IMG/VR virus record: IMGVR_UViG_3300050010_000483
Coordinates: 1-64,000 of that record
Length of the DNA stretch: 64,000 nt
Strand: one strand, 5' to 3'
DNA from: a virus
Shown here: positions 26,694 to 35,434 of the stretch, piece after piece
Numbering within the stretch: the first letter of the stretch is position 1
Layout: every line of letters begins with the position of its first letter
The notes under the pieces: generated by a model
Told to the model about the DNA's origin: nothing
Seen by the model: only the letters and a program-made list of their open reading frames with translations
The model's database searches: none
Translations under genes and position numbers: made by a program

Positions 26694-29321
26694 ATGATTC
26701 AATCATTTGATCAGATAAGACTCTCTAACCAGTTAATGAACGCAATGGGTGGCCAATTGGTCGTCGCTGGTCAAAACGTTGTCTATTCAGGGCTATTGGC
26801 AAGCAGTTGTAATTTCCTGCAAAACGAAATTACATCGCTTTCAGGGATGTTGACAAGCACACTGCAAAACGAAATTCTATTGTCGAGTTCAAATTTCCTT
26901 GGTAATAACGCTGGTGCTTTGGCCAACAATTCAGCTTTCAGCAACTGTATTGGTAATAATGCTGGTACTTTAGCCAACAATTCAGCTTTCAGTAACTTCA
27001 TTGGTAATAATGCTGGTACTTTGACTAACAATTCATTTTTCAGCAACTTCATGGGTTATAATGCTGGTTCTTTGGCCAACAATTCAGCCTTTAGTAACTT
27101 CATGGGTTATAACGCTGGCGCTAATGCTACAAATGCAAATTCCAGCATTTTCATTGGTAATAACGCTGGTGGGGCCGCAATTGGCAATAATACCACTGGA
27201 TTAAACAATGTTATTGCGATTGGATGTAATTCTGCTTACCAGGATAATGTTTGTAACGCCTCAGGTTATTCATCAATTTTAATTGGTGACTATACGCAGA
27301 CTTCTGGTTTTAGCAACAGTATCACCATCGGTCGCGGAACCGCCAACAGCAATAGTGGCCAGTTTAACATTGGCAACCTACTGTTTGGCAATGGTATTTA
27401 TACTGGTACGGGAAATTCCAATCAGGCACAGATTGGTCAGGTTGGTATCGGTACCAACAATCCTGCGGCAACTTTGGACGTCAATGGCAGTGGTAACTTC
27501 AGCAGTGGTTTGTATATCAGTGGTGTAAACATCACATCATATTTTGGTACATCCACGGTTTCGGACGCCACTGGTATATTCTTACAGGGTGAAATTACTT
27601 CATTATCGGGTCACGTTATAACTCTAGTAAGTCTCGTGGCCGCCAATCTAGCAATCACTATTGGGGAGTCTACCCAATTGCAGATTAACAATTTGTCTGG
27701 TTCATTGTCTGGTTTATTAAATGATTCTGGTGTATTTTTACAAAATGAAATTACATCTCTATCTGGAACTCTCACTGATTCACTTGGTATCGTTACCTAT
27801 GACGATCAAGTTGTTCACACTTCTGGTAACGAAATTATTTCTGGTATCAAACTGTTTACAGGATTTATTATCGCAAGGGAAATCGTTGCAGATTCTGGAC
27901 AAATTGGTACATTCAATATTTCTATTGGTACATCTGCTGGTTCGACTACTTCTGGACCAATAGGTACATATAATATTTATTTTGGTAATTATGCTGGATT
28001 TGACAATACTGGGGCTGGAAACAACGTGGGTATCGGTTATGGTGTTCTGGGAAACTCATCAACTTATTTATCTGTTGCTATTGGTTCCGATGCTGGTGAC
28101 AAGACCACTGATTCAACTCGCTGTAACTTCATTGGTAATGGCGCTGGTTCTCAAACTTATACTACAGATTCAAGTAACTTTATTGGTTGTAATGCTGGCG
28201 CTAATGCCTCAAATGTAAATTCAAGTAACTTCATTGGTGATACCGCTGGTTCTAGTGCCACAAATGCAAATTCAAGCAACTTCATGGGTTATGATGCTGG
28301 TTCTTTGGCCAACAATTCAGCTTTCAGCAACTTCATTGGTTATACTGCTGGTGCTCAAACTCATAATTTATCTGCCTGTAACTTCATTGGTTATGGCGCT
28401 GGTCTTCAAACTTATAATTCAGATTCAAGTAACTTCATTGGTAATAACGCTGGTGCTTTTTCCTCAAATGCAAATTCAAGTAACTTCATTGGTCATAATG
28501 CTGGTGGGGCAGCGTATGGTTACAATACCACTGGATTGAACAACGTTATTGCAATTGGATATAATTCTGCCTATCAGGATACTGCTAATAATGCCTCGGG
28601 TTATTCATCAATTTTAATTGGTGATTATACTCAGACTTCTGGTTTTAGCAACAGTATCACCATTGGTCGCGGAACCGCCAATAGTAACAGTGGTCAGTTT
28701 AACATCGGTAACTTACTGTTCGGTAATGGTATTTATACTGGCACGGATACTTCCAATCAGGCACAGATTGGTCAGGTTGGTATCGGTACCAACAATCCTG
28801 CGGCAACTTTGGACGTCAATGGCAGTGGTAACTTCAGCAGTGGTTTGTATATCAGTGGTGTAAACATCACATCATATTTTGGTACATCCACGGTTTCGGA
28901 CGCCACTGGTATATTTTTACAAAATGAAATTACGTCTCTATCTGGAACTCTCATTAGTTTATCTTTAGGAACGACAACTATATTGACAGGAGCGATAAGT
29001 ACATATTCTACCCTGAATTCTTCTAGTCGTTTAATTAACTGTGATTTTAATTTACCAAAATCATTTGTCACTTTGACGGATGGGATGGGACCATTCGTAT
29101 GGACATTTACAGGTGTCAATGTTCCTGCTGGAAACAATTATGCTGCTACATCTTTGTTTGTGAATAATAATGTTACTAGTACCACTGGTTCTCTTGTATT
29201 TCCTTCTGGATGGATTTGGCTTGGGTTGATGCCAATATACCTTGCCGCTGGAAAATCGGCTTATTTAAATTTGGAATCATTTGGTGAAAACATTGTAGCA
29301 GCCTGGGGTACTCAATATTGA
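26694..29321 (+). CDS. Adhesin-like fibre protein with 17-aa beta-solenoid repeats and an internal duplication
   Basis: Repeats of SNFIGxxAGxxxxNxxx, resembling trimeric-autotransporter head repeats; GQVGIGTNNPAATLDVNG shaft motif twice; LQNEITSLSG-type helices several times. Confidence 0.8.
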   Translation: MIQSFDQIRLSNQLMNAMGGQLVVAGQNVVYSGLLASSCNFLQNEITSLSGMLTSTLQNEILLSSSNFLGNNAGALANNSAFSNCIGNNAGTLANNSAFSNFIGNNAGTLTNNSFFSNFMGYNAGSLANNSAFSNFMGYNAGANATNANSSIFIGNNAGGAAIGNNTTGLNNVIAIGCNSAYQDNVCNASGYSSILIGDYTQTSGFSNSITIGRGTANSNSGQFNIGNLLFGNGIYTGTGNSNQAQIGQVGIGTNNPAATLDVNGSGNFSSGLYISGVNITSYFGTSTVSDATGIFLQGEITSLSGHVITLVSLVAANLAITIGESTQLQINNLSGSLSGLLNDSGVFLQNEITSLSGTLTDSLGIVTYDDQVVHTSGNEIISGIKLFTGFIIAREIVADSGQIGTFNISIGTSAGSTTSGPIGTYNIYFGNYAGFDNTGAGNNVGIGYGVLGNSSTYLSVAIGSDAGDKTTDSTRCNFIGNGAGSQTYTTDSSNFIGCNAGANASNVNSSNFIGDTAGSSATNANSSNFMGYDAGSLANNSAFSNFIGYTAGAQTHNLSACNFIGYGAGLQTYNSDSSNFIGNNAGAFSSNANSSNFIGHNAGGAAYGYNTTGLNNVIAIGYNSAYQDTANNASGYSSILIGDYTQTSGFSNSITIGRGTANSNSGQFNIGNLLFGNGIYTGTDTSNQAQIGQVGIGTNNPAATLDVNGSGNFSSGLYISGVNITSYFGTSTVSDATGIFLQNEITSLSGTLISLSLGTTTILTGAISTYSTLNSSSRLINCDFNLPKSFVTLTDGMGPFVWTFTGVNVPAGNNYAATSLFVNNNVTSTTGSLVFPSGWIWLGLMPIYLAAGKSAYLNLESFGENIVAAWGTQY
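27150..28945 (+). repeat. About 460-bp intragenic duplication (27150-27610 / 28485-28945)
   Basis: Offset is 1335 bp; 27416-27580 and 28751-28915 are identical, while the 5' part is diverged. Confidence 0.85.
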
Positions 29322-29388
29322 TAAATTACGCATCTATAATAGAATCTTATTATTGGGAGAAATTGCTGTTCTTTACGCCAGCTATTAA
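29317..29388 (+). pseudogene. Orphan C-terminal fragment of a LamG/concanavalin-like domain gene
   Basis: The +1 frame reads IDKLRIYNRILLLGEIAVLYASY*, matching the LamG-3 terminal motif IDELRIYNRALSxxEIxxLY; there is no start codon. Confidence 0.65.
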
Positions 29389-29393
29389 AAAAC

Positions 29394-29400
29394 GTGTAAT
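29394..29400 (+). promoter_or_regulatory. Putative late promoter GTGTAAT
   Basis: 12 nt upstream of ATG 29413, at the head of the neck operon. Confidence 0.62.
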
Positions 29401-29412
29401 TTAGGTTGTATT

Positions 29413-29742
29413 ATGATTACTTACGATTTAAACATTATTCAGGGTGATTCGTTCGCCACAACGGTGCCCGTTACCGATGTGAGTGGGAATCCCTTGAATT
29501 TAAATAACTACCAAATGAGTGGTTTTTATCGTAATTGGTTTTCAGCATCTGGTATCACAAGTCTAAACCCAAGCGGAGACGGAATAACAAGCGGATTGCT
29601 TTATCTCAACATTCCTTCAACAGGAACAGCGGCTTTACCCGTTGGTATTGGAGTCTACGATGTCAAGTTCACGGATTCTGGCAATAATTCATTCAGAGTC
29701 TATGGTGGCCATGTTTACGTTTCACCACAAGTAACTTATTAA
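29413..29742 (+). CDS. Small Ig-like/BppU-N-like virion protein
   Basis: YDLNIIQGDSF...PLNL...T.AL..G..VYDV...G...VSPQVT pattern common in phage structural modules. Confidence 0.6.
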   Translation: MITYDLNIIQGDSFATTVPVTDVSGNPLNLNNYQMSGFYRNWFSASGITSLNPSGDGITSGLLYLNIPSTGTAALPVGIGVYDVKFTDSGNNSFRVYGGHVYVSPQVTY

Positions 29743-29743
29743 C

Positions 29744-30325
29744 ATGAAAATTACCGACATTGCCAATGAAATTTTTTTAATTAATGGTTCCCCCACAACC
29801 ACAAGCATACCAGCAATTGCCTTTTGGGTTCGTCATCAAATCGGACGACTAAGCACATTGCTCTATGAAAATTTTCAATTTAATCCGAATACTCTTGAAA
29901 TTTGTCATGAGGACTGGAAGCAGGGAACTTGCTATCATTGTGAACCCTGGAATATGAATTGTCCCCCAAACAGTCCACTAACACCCGTTTATGAGGGTTT
30001 GGGTTTTCCCGTGGTCGCAATCATTAATCAAATGTATCGAGTTTATGACCTTGAAGTTCAGATTCGTACTCAGATGAATTTCATAAATAATCAAAGCGAT
30101 ATTATCAGTGTTGAAGATCAACATACGGTTATCATGAAAATTAATCGTAATTCTCTAAGCCAAACTCTCAATAATATTCGCAAAGACGAAATCAAAATGC
30201 TTGACGAGCTAGTTATGCACTATCGTTTAAACAAAAATCGCCCAGCCGATGTTTCTGGTGATGATACAGTACCAGGATTTTACGATGCCTATTGGTCAGC
30301 CTATCCAGCTTATATTAGACGATAA
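29744..30325 (+). CDS. Putative head-tail adaptor
   Basis: Helical; first of four coupled genes before the tail tube; inferred from synteny. Confidence 0.5.
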   Translation: MKITDIANEIFLINGSPTTTSIPAIAFWVRHQIGRLSTLLYENFQFNPNTLEICHEDWKQGTCYHCEPWNMNCPPNSPLTPVYEGLGFPVVAIINQMYRVYDLEVQIRTQMNFINNQSDIISVEDQHTVIMKINRNSLSQTLNNIRKDEIKMLDELVMHYRLNKNRPADVSGDDTVPGFYDAYWSAYPAYIRR

Positions 30326-30777
30326 TGCAAAATCTTCTTACATCTTCTCAATTGGCAATTTTGAGTGGGGACTTTGATACCGTTTTTACAACCATGTGTC
30401 GTGGTAAAACCGTCACGGTGGTAAAAGAACCGCTTAAAACAACAGTTTCCAGTCCAATCACACAAAATAATGTGTTTGGTTTTGGAGAAATGCAGGCAAA
30501 TTCTGTTTATGACTATACTCCTGTTACTGGTGTTTTTCCAGCTTTTATAATTTATCCCAGAGATTATCAGACATCTTTGAATTCAGAAATTGATATTCGT
30601 GTGGGTTCTGAACCAATAAAAATTAAAGTACAACAGGATTGTCGAGACTTTATTTATAATGGTCGAACATTACATCTGATTGCCGATAATAAAACTTTTT
30701 ATCTGGATGGAGAAGCCAGATTGCAATTATTTTTAAATGGTAATTACTATTTCTTTAATTTAAAGGAAACCAAGTAA
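30325..30777 (+). CDS. Putative head closure/stopper protein
   Basis: 150 aa, beta-rich, TAATG-coupled; inferred from synteny. Confidence 0.5.
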   Translation: MQNLLTSSQLAILSGDFDTVFTTMCRGKTVTVVKEPLKTTVSSPITQNNVFGFGEMQANSVYDYTPVTGVFPAFIIYPRDYQTSLNSEIDIRVGSEPIKIKVQQDCRDFIYNGRTLHLIADNKTFYLDGEARLQLFLNGNYYFFNLKETK

Positions 30778-31394
30778 TGACAACTTTTACCTTTAAAATT
30801 AACAGAGAAAAAATGAAGCTCATTGCTGACAAGGCCATGGGTAAGGCTCCTGCTATTAAACAGGCTGCTGAAAAAGTTTTCTTCGCCGCTTTTCTCAAAG
30901 CTAAAAAGGGAATGTTACAAGCTTTTGATCGTCACCCTGTTACACAGGAACTTTTAAATGGACCAACCGCCGAAAATATTAGTGATACTCTTGGTGGTGG
31001 CTATGGAAATCTTTTTGCATTTATTGGTTTTGATGTTGGTGATACCCCAACGGCCCCATTGAAAGAATTACTGGATGTCGGCACTTCCTATCGTATTTCT
31101 GTTTATAAAAATCGAACTTGGTATTTCAAGGTTAAGTTTCCCAGCAGGGGAAGTATTGAAAAAGCCACGCCCATGCCGTGGGAAGTGGGTAATAGTTGGG
31201 CCGAAGGCATCGAAAAGGGTATTAGTGGTTTGAGTAATTTCATGTATAAACATTGGGAGGGTGGACGCTCTCAAGAGGGTTTTCAATTAAAATATCTAAA
31301 CTTAAGTAATATTGGTTTTAAACCACAACCATATTTATCAGAAATTTTGAACAGTTTTCGTAAAAGCATGAACGACAATAAAGGAATTGCCTAA
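30777..31394 (+). CDS. Putative neck/tail-completion protein (HK97 gp10-like position)
   Basis: Basic protein ending in the FKPQPYLSEIL motif typical of gp10-like proteins; synteny. Confidence 0.5.
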   Translation: MTTFTFKINREKMKLIADKAMGKAPAIKQAAEKVFFAAFLKAKKGMLQAFDRHPVTQELLNGPTAENISDTLGGGYGNLFAFIGFDVGDTPTAPLKELLDVGTSYRISVYKNRTWYFKVKFPSRGSIEKATPMPWEVGNSWAEGIEKGISGLSNFMYKHWEGGRSQEGFQLKYLNLSNIGFKPQPYLSEILNSFRKSMNDNKGIA

Positions 31395-32221
31395 TGTTAC
31401 CAGCCCTGGAAAATAGAATAATGAGCAATTTAATGTTGTTTCTTGACAACCGCCTTCAAAACGTGGGTCAAGGATACAATAATTATAGTAGCTTGTTCTA
31501 TTCGATTCCCAGCAATGTTAATGGATGGTATGCTTATGCCGCACCCTTCAAACAGCTTTGCAATGACACTTCTGTATCTGGCGTAACGGTTATGTCGGGT
31601 GTTTATGTTAATGGGACATACACACCAGTTGGTTCTGGACATTTGGCTGCGATAAATCATTATGATGGAGTTGTGTATTTCAATACTCCGCTGCCAAGTA
31701 CAACCACAATTAGTGGAAATTATGCTATCAAAGAATTCAGCATCGAGATTACAGATCAACAAGAGTGGAAGTTACTTTTTGAAACCAAGTATGTTTCAAA
31801 TAATAGGTTTAATCAAACTTTGAGCGGACTTCCCTTGGATACTAAAACTTCGCCAATCATTTTTTTGATGCTTCAAAATAACGATAGTATTCCTTTTGGA
31901 TTTCATCGTATAAATAACGCCCAGACTTCAATTCGTGCAATTGTAATCGCTGATACAGAATATCAGAGAATCGCTGCTTGTGGCCTTTTACAGACGGTAA
32001 ATCAGTATTATTTGCCCATGGTATCAGGACTGCCATTCGATGTACTTGGGAATATTACAGGAACTAATTATAACTATACGGGTTTGGGGCAAGACCCAAC
32101 CTATTCCCCTTGGATTCAGAAGGCAAAAGGGGTAGATATTAATCAAAAAGGCGATTACCAGAACATTTATAAAAAAATGGGTATGGTTGATTTCGTTATA
32201 AGCACAGTGACCCAGAATTAA
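31394..32221 (+). CDS. Putative tail terminator
   Basis: Directly upstream of the tail tube; synteny. Confidence 0.5.
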   Translation: MLPALENRIMSNLMLFLDNRLQNVGQGYNNYSSLFYSIPSNVNGWYAYAAPFKQLCNDTSVSGVTVMSGVYVNGTYTPVGSGHLAAINHYDGVVYFNTPLPSTTTISGNYAIKEFSIEITDQQEWKLLFETKYVSNNRFNQTLSGLPLDTKTSPIIFLMLQNNDSIPFGFHRINNAQTSIRAIVIADTEYQRIAACGLLQTVNQYYLPMVSGLPFDVLGNITGTNYNYTGLGQDPTYSPWIQKAKGVDINQKGDYQNIYKKMGMVDFVISTVTQN

Positions 32222-32273
32222 CTTCCCAATTAATAAAAATCACTGTAAATAATCAAGAAGGATAATAATCTAT

Positions 32274-33155
32274 ATGCCAATTTCAAGAGCACTTTATGTA
32301 GGTCAACAAGTCGCGATCACCTGTAACAGCGGTCAGAATACCGTTTATTTGCCGATTTCATCCGCTTCTTGCGAAGTAAGTGAACCAGTTGACTCAATCA
32401 GTTCATTCGGTCATTTAATGTCTCTCGCAACCGCGCAGACTAACTTGACCACTTGTAAGTCTACTCTCAAAACATATCTTTTGAGCGGTGCAAATGTCGA
32501 AACGACTGGTAGTGGACCAATCACAACTGGACTTTCTACACAAATTATCCAATGGCTTACGGGCGATGCAATCAACGGAAATTTTACTCAGATTTCTGTT
32601 TCTCCAAATGGTTTTACGATGTCTGGAATTTTAGCTTCTCTTTCTGCTGATATTGCATTGGGTGGGTTTGGTATGAGCGATTTGACTTTTCATGGAGTTG
32701 GGCAACCATTTTTTTCTCCCGCTCCAAGTTCATCAACCTCTGTTGAACAGTCTAACATGCCAACATCCATTACCCCTTTGACAACAATTAGTATTGGTGG
32801 TTCTGTTACTGGGGCTGGTTGTGCTTCTTCATTCAAATTCTCTTTAGACATGCCAACTGATAATTTGGCCTGTTTGGGTTCTGACCCCAACCAAGTTCAA
32901 GGTGCAACTCAAAGTTCATTGATCGCTACAAAGCCTCCTTACAAGGCGACGATTACCGTTGAGGGTTACGGTGTTGACGTTAGCTCTGCTCAGACAATGT
33001 TGAGTGCAGCTATTACTGGTGTGTATAACTTGGGCAGCGTAAACATTCAATTGCCTCACCCACACGTTACTAGCAAGAGCTTTAATAACGCTGTTGGTAC
33101 AGCCGCTGCGAGCTATTCCTACGTTTGTGAGGATACCATAGCGTTCTTCTCTTAA
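32274..33155 (+). CDS. Probable tail tube (major tail) protein
   Basis: S/T-rich beta protein with high-expression codon style; preceded by CTGTAAAT and AAGGA, followed by a terminator; upstream of the chaperones and tape measure. Confidence 0.7.
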   Translation: MPISRALYVGQQVAITCNSGQNTVYLPISSASCEVSEPVDSISSFGHLMSLATAQTNLTTCKSTLKTYLLSGANVETTGSGPITTGLSTQIIQWLTGDAINGNFTQISVSPNGFTMSGILASLSADIALGGFGMSDLTFHGVGQPFFSPAPSSSTSVEQSNMPTSITPLTTISIGGSVTGAGCASSFKFSLDMPTDNLACLGSDPNQVQGATQSSLIATKPPYKATITVEGYGVDVSSAQTMLSAAITGVYNLGSVNIQLPHPHVTSKSFNNAVGTAAASYSYVCEDTIAFFS

Positions 33156-33175
33156 TCAACAACTTACAACAATTT

Positions 33176-33203
33176 AAGCCACCGAATTTTCGGTGGCTTT
33201 TTT
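33176..33203 (+). terminator. Rho-independent terminator
   Basis: AAGCCACCGAA-TT-TTCGGTGGCTT hairpin plus T-run. Confidence 0.88.
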
Positions 33204-33244
33204 GTGTTTATTTTGCACAAAGTGATATTATTCTCTTGAATTTA

Positions 33245-33251
33245 GTGTAAA
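33245..33251 (+). promoter_or_regulatory. Putative late promoter GTGTAAA
   Basis: After the terminator, 5 nt before ATG 33257 (a second in-frame ATG lies at 33269). Confidence 0.55.
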
Positions 33252-33256
33252 AGATA

Positions 33257-33628
33257 ATGGACAAAGGCATGAATTCGCCCGAAAACAATCTCATTACTGT
33301 CTTTACAGCCAAGGAAATCACGTCTCTGTATAAGTTATTCTTGGAGATCATTGAAGACCTTGAGGCAGATAATCGGGCAATGCTTGGTAAAATCGCTGAA
33401 AAGACCTCTCCACAAGTCGCTGCTGACATCAATTACTTCACCCGAGAAAAATACGAACAAATTAGAAAGAGGGTCTTGGATAATGGTAACGAAACCTCTC
33501 GTAAACTTCTTTCATTCTTAGACTTTTTTGAATTTACCATCAATGCTCAAAAAGTTGAAGATGCGGCAAAACTAAAACGGAGTATCGTAAAAAAGATTAT
33601 TATTTCCTCACCCATTTCAGTAGAATAG
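33257..33628 (+). CDS. Hypothetical helical protein
   Basis: Clean ORF between the tail tube and the chaperone-like genes. Confidence 0.7.
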   Translation: MDKGMNSPENNLITVFTAKEITSLYKLFLEIIEDLEADNRAMLGKIAEKTSPQVAADINYFTREKYEQIRKRVLDNGNETSRKLLSFLDFFEFTINAQKVEDAAKLKRSIVKKIIISSPISVE

Positions 33629-33647
33629 TTTGGTTAAAGGCATTATT

Positions 33648-34475
33648 ATGGAAAAGACTCTAAAGTTTTTATATGAAACCTTCGTAAAGAAGCAAGTAAA
33701 CGAATCCGTTACTGAACCTCGTCAGGAAGGCAGTGAAACGGTTCAAATTACCCGAACCGTCAAAAAAGTCAAACCAGTAAAGTTCGCAATTCTCAAACCA
33801 GATCGCCGTCTCTATAAGGATGCTGAAATTTTCTACGCAAGAACACTCGCCGATTATCTCAAAAAGGGCCTCCTGCCTTATTCTCTTGTCGCCAAACGTT
33901 ATTCCAATGATGGTGGCCCCTTAACTGATAGTGAAAAGAAACATATTGACACCCTCACTGATGAATTGGGTAAACTTCAAGTGGAATTTTATGGTCTCGC
34001 TAACACCGAAGACCTGAATCTTCAAAAACGCAAAAATGAAATTTTGATTCGCATTAATCGTATTAACACGGAAGTCAGTAACATTCAAAACGCCTATACT
34101 GATATTTTTGACAGTACCGCGGAAATGAAGGCCCGCAACGATTCGATTGAGTGGTGGGTTATGTATCTGATGTATGGAGAAAATGAAAAGGGGGAATTAG
34201 TTCCCACTTTTAGCGCGGGCGATTATGAAGAGCGCATCAAAACACTTGAAAATATTGAAGATGAAGCGGACCCGTTCAAACTTGAGGCAATTAAAAAACT
34301 ATCTTATTTGATTAGTTTTTGGTTCACTGCCCGTAATGCAATTTCCGACAATGATTTCAAGTCCATGGATCGTTTGTACAGCGACACCATGACAATCTAC
34401 AAAGTTGAGGAAAGCGGTGAATCAGTGAAAGTTGATGAAGTAAGTCCTCCAATCACACAAGTTCCGCCCGTATAA
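33648..34475 (+). CDS. Putative tail assembly chaperone
   Basis: Acidic coiled-coil protein between tube and tape measure; start placed at ATG 33648. Confidence 0.55.
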   Translation: MEKTLKFLYETFVKKQVNESVTEPRQEGSETVQITRTVKKVKPVKFAILKPDRRLYKDAEIFYARTLADYLKKGLLPYSLVAKRYSNDGGPLTDSEKKHIDTLTDELGKLQVEFYGLANTEDLNLQKRKNEILIRINRINTEVSNIQNAYTDIFDSTAEMKARNDSIEWWVMYLMYGENEKGELVPTFSAGDYEERIKTLENIEDEADPFKLEAIKKLSYLISFWFTARNAISDNDFKSMDRLYSDTMTIYKVEESGESVKVDEVSPPITQVPPV

Positions 34476-34476
34476 T

Positions 34477-35355
34477 ATGGCGTCTGATGGTATCTCAAAT
34501 TTTGAAGAACTAAAACTTCTGTATCAAGAAATTGTTGATGGATACTCTCCCTCGGAAAAGGGGGAGTATTTTTTTAAACATTTTTCTGATCTTGATACAA
34601 TAGACATTTTGCGCCATAAACACGCCCTCTACAATGGATATATTCGTAGTGGAATCCCATCACAAAAAGAACGTCTTGCCCAGTTGATTAAACAAGAAGA
34701 ATGGAATCAAAACAAAGAAGATAGAATAACCAGCCTTCGTTTTATTATTGGAGACAATGAAAAAAACATGGAATCTACTATTCCACAAATGCAGGCTGGA
34801 TTGAAAATGGCCCTTGATCGAGACAAGGAAGAATTGGTTTCTTTACTCACGGAGAAATATATGTTATTGGGTACAACTGCTGATGAACTTAGTAATCAAG
34901 AAGTTACTCTATTTCAAATTTTTTATAGTCTTCGTAAAAATAAGGCGGGCGATCCTCTTTATTCTTGGCCAGACTATGAAAGTTTACCTGTCGAAACTCA
35001 AGAAAAATATGCTAAAGAATTTGAGGCAACACTTAGTAGATTTGCTGATAACCGCATTAGAGAGTTAGCAGTAATGCCATTTTTCATAAATTCTTTCTCG
35101 TATTCAAAGGAAAACATCTACTTTTTCTTTGGTAAACCCTTATCTCAACTCACTCAATATCAAAGTTTTCTTCTCTCTCTTGGACAACGTAATCTGAGTA
35201 TTCTTGAACGGGGAGAGGGTAGTCCTCCTGATCTTATTGGTAATATCACTCCCAATGATATTGTCAAATGGTATGATGTGCAGTATTCTGTAATATTAGG
35301 GAGAAGAAATACACAACATATTGATAAATCAAATACCAAAAGAAGGGAAGTTTAA
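34477..35355 (+). CDS. Putative tail assembly chaperone 2
   Basis: Helical; directly upstream of the tape measure; FFGKPLSQLTQYQ segment. Confidence 0.55.
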   Translation: MASDGISNFEELKLLYQEIVDGYSPSEKGEYFFKHFSDLDTIDILRHKHALYNGYIRSGIPSQKERLAQLIKQEEWNQNKEDRITSLRFIIGDNEKNMESTIPQMQAGLKMALDRDKEELVSLLTEKYMLLGTTADELSNQEVTLFQIFYSLRKNKAGDPLYSWPDYESLPVETQEKYAKEFEATLSRFADNRIRELAVMPFFINSFSYSKENIYFFFGKPLSQLTQYQSFLLSLGQRNLSILERGEGSPPDLIGNITPNDIVKWYDVQYSVILGRRNTQHIDKSNTKRREV

Positions 35356-35406
35356 GAGCCCCAATCATAAATACCTATTTTCGGTCATCTCTGAATGTCT
35401 ATATCC

Positions 35407-35413
35407 GTGTAAT
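35407..35413 (+). promoter_or_regulatory. Putative late promoter GTGTAAT
   Basis: 21 nt upstream of the tape measure ATG. Confidence 0.6.
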
Positions 35414-35434
35414 CATAGATAATAGGGAAAAGTT

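Noticed and set aside
27150-28945. Diversity-generating retroelement TR/VR pair
   Set aside because: The differences between copies are not adenine-specific, both copies are in-frame coding, and no reverse transcriptase is present in the window.
33257-35355. Programmed -1 frameshift between tail chaperones
   Set aside because: The ORFs do not overlap, each has its own ATG (TAATATG junction), and no convincing slippery heptamer was seen near the stops.
35356-35400. Minus-strand peptide PKIGIYDWGS* as an endonuclease remnant
   Set aside because: Too short and degenerate to support.
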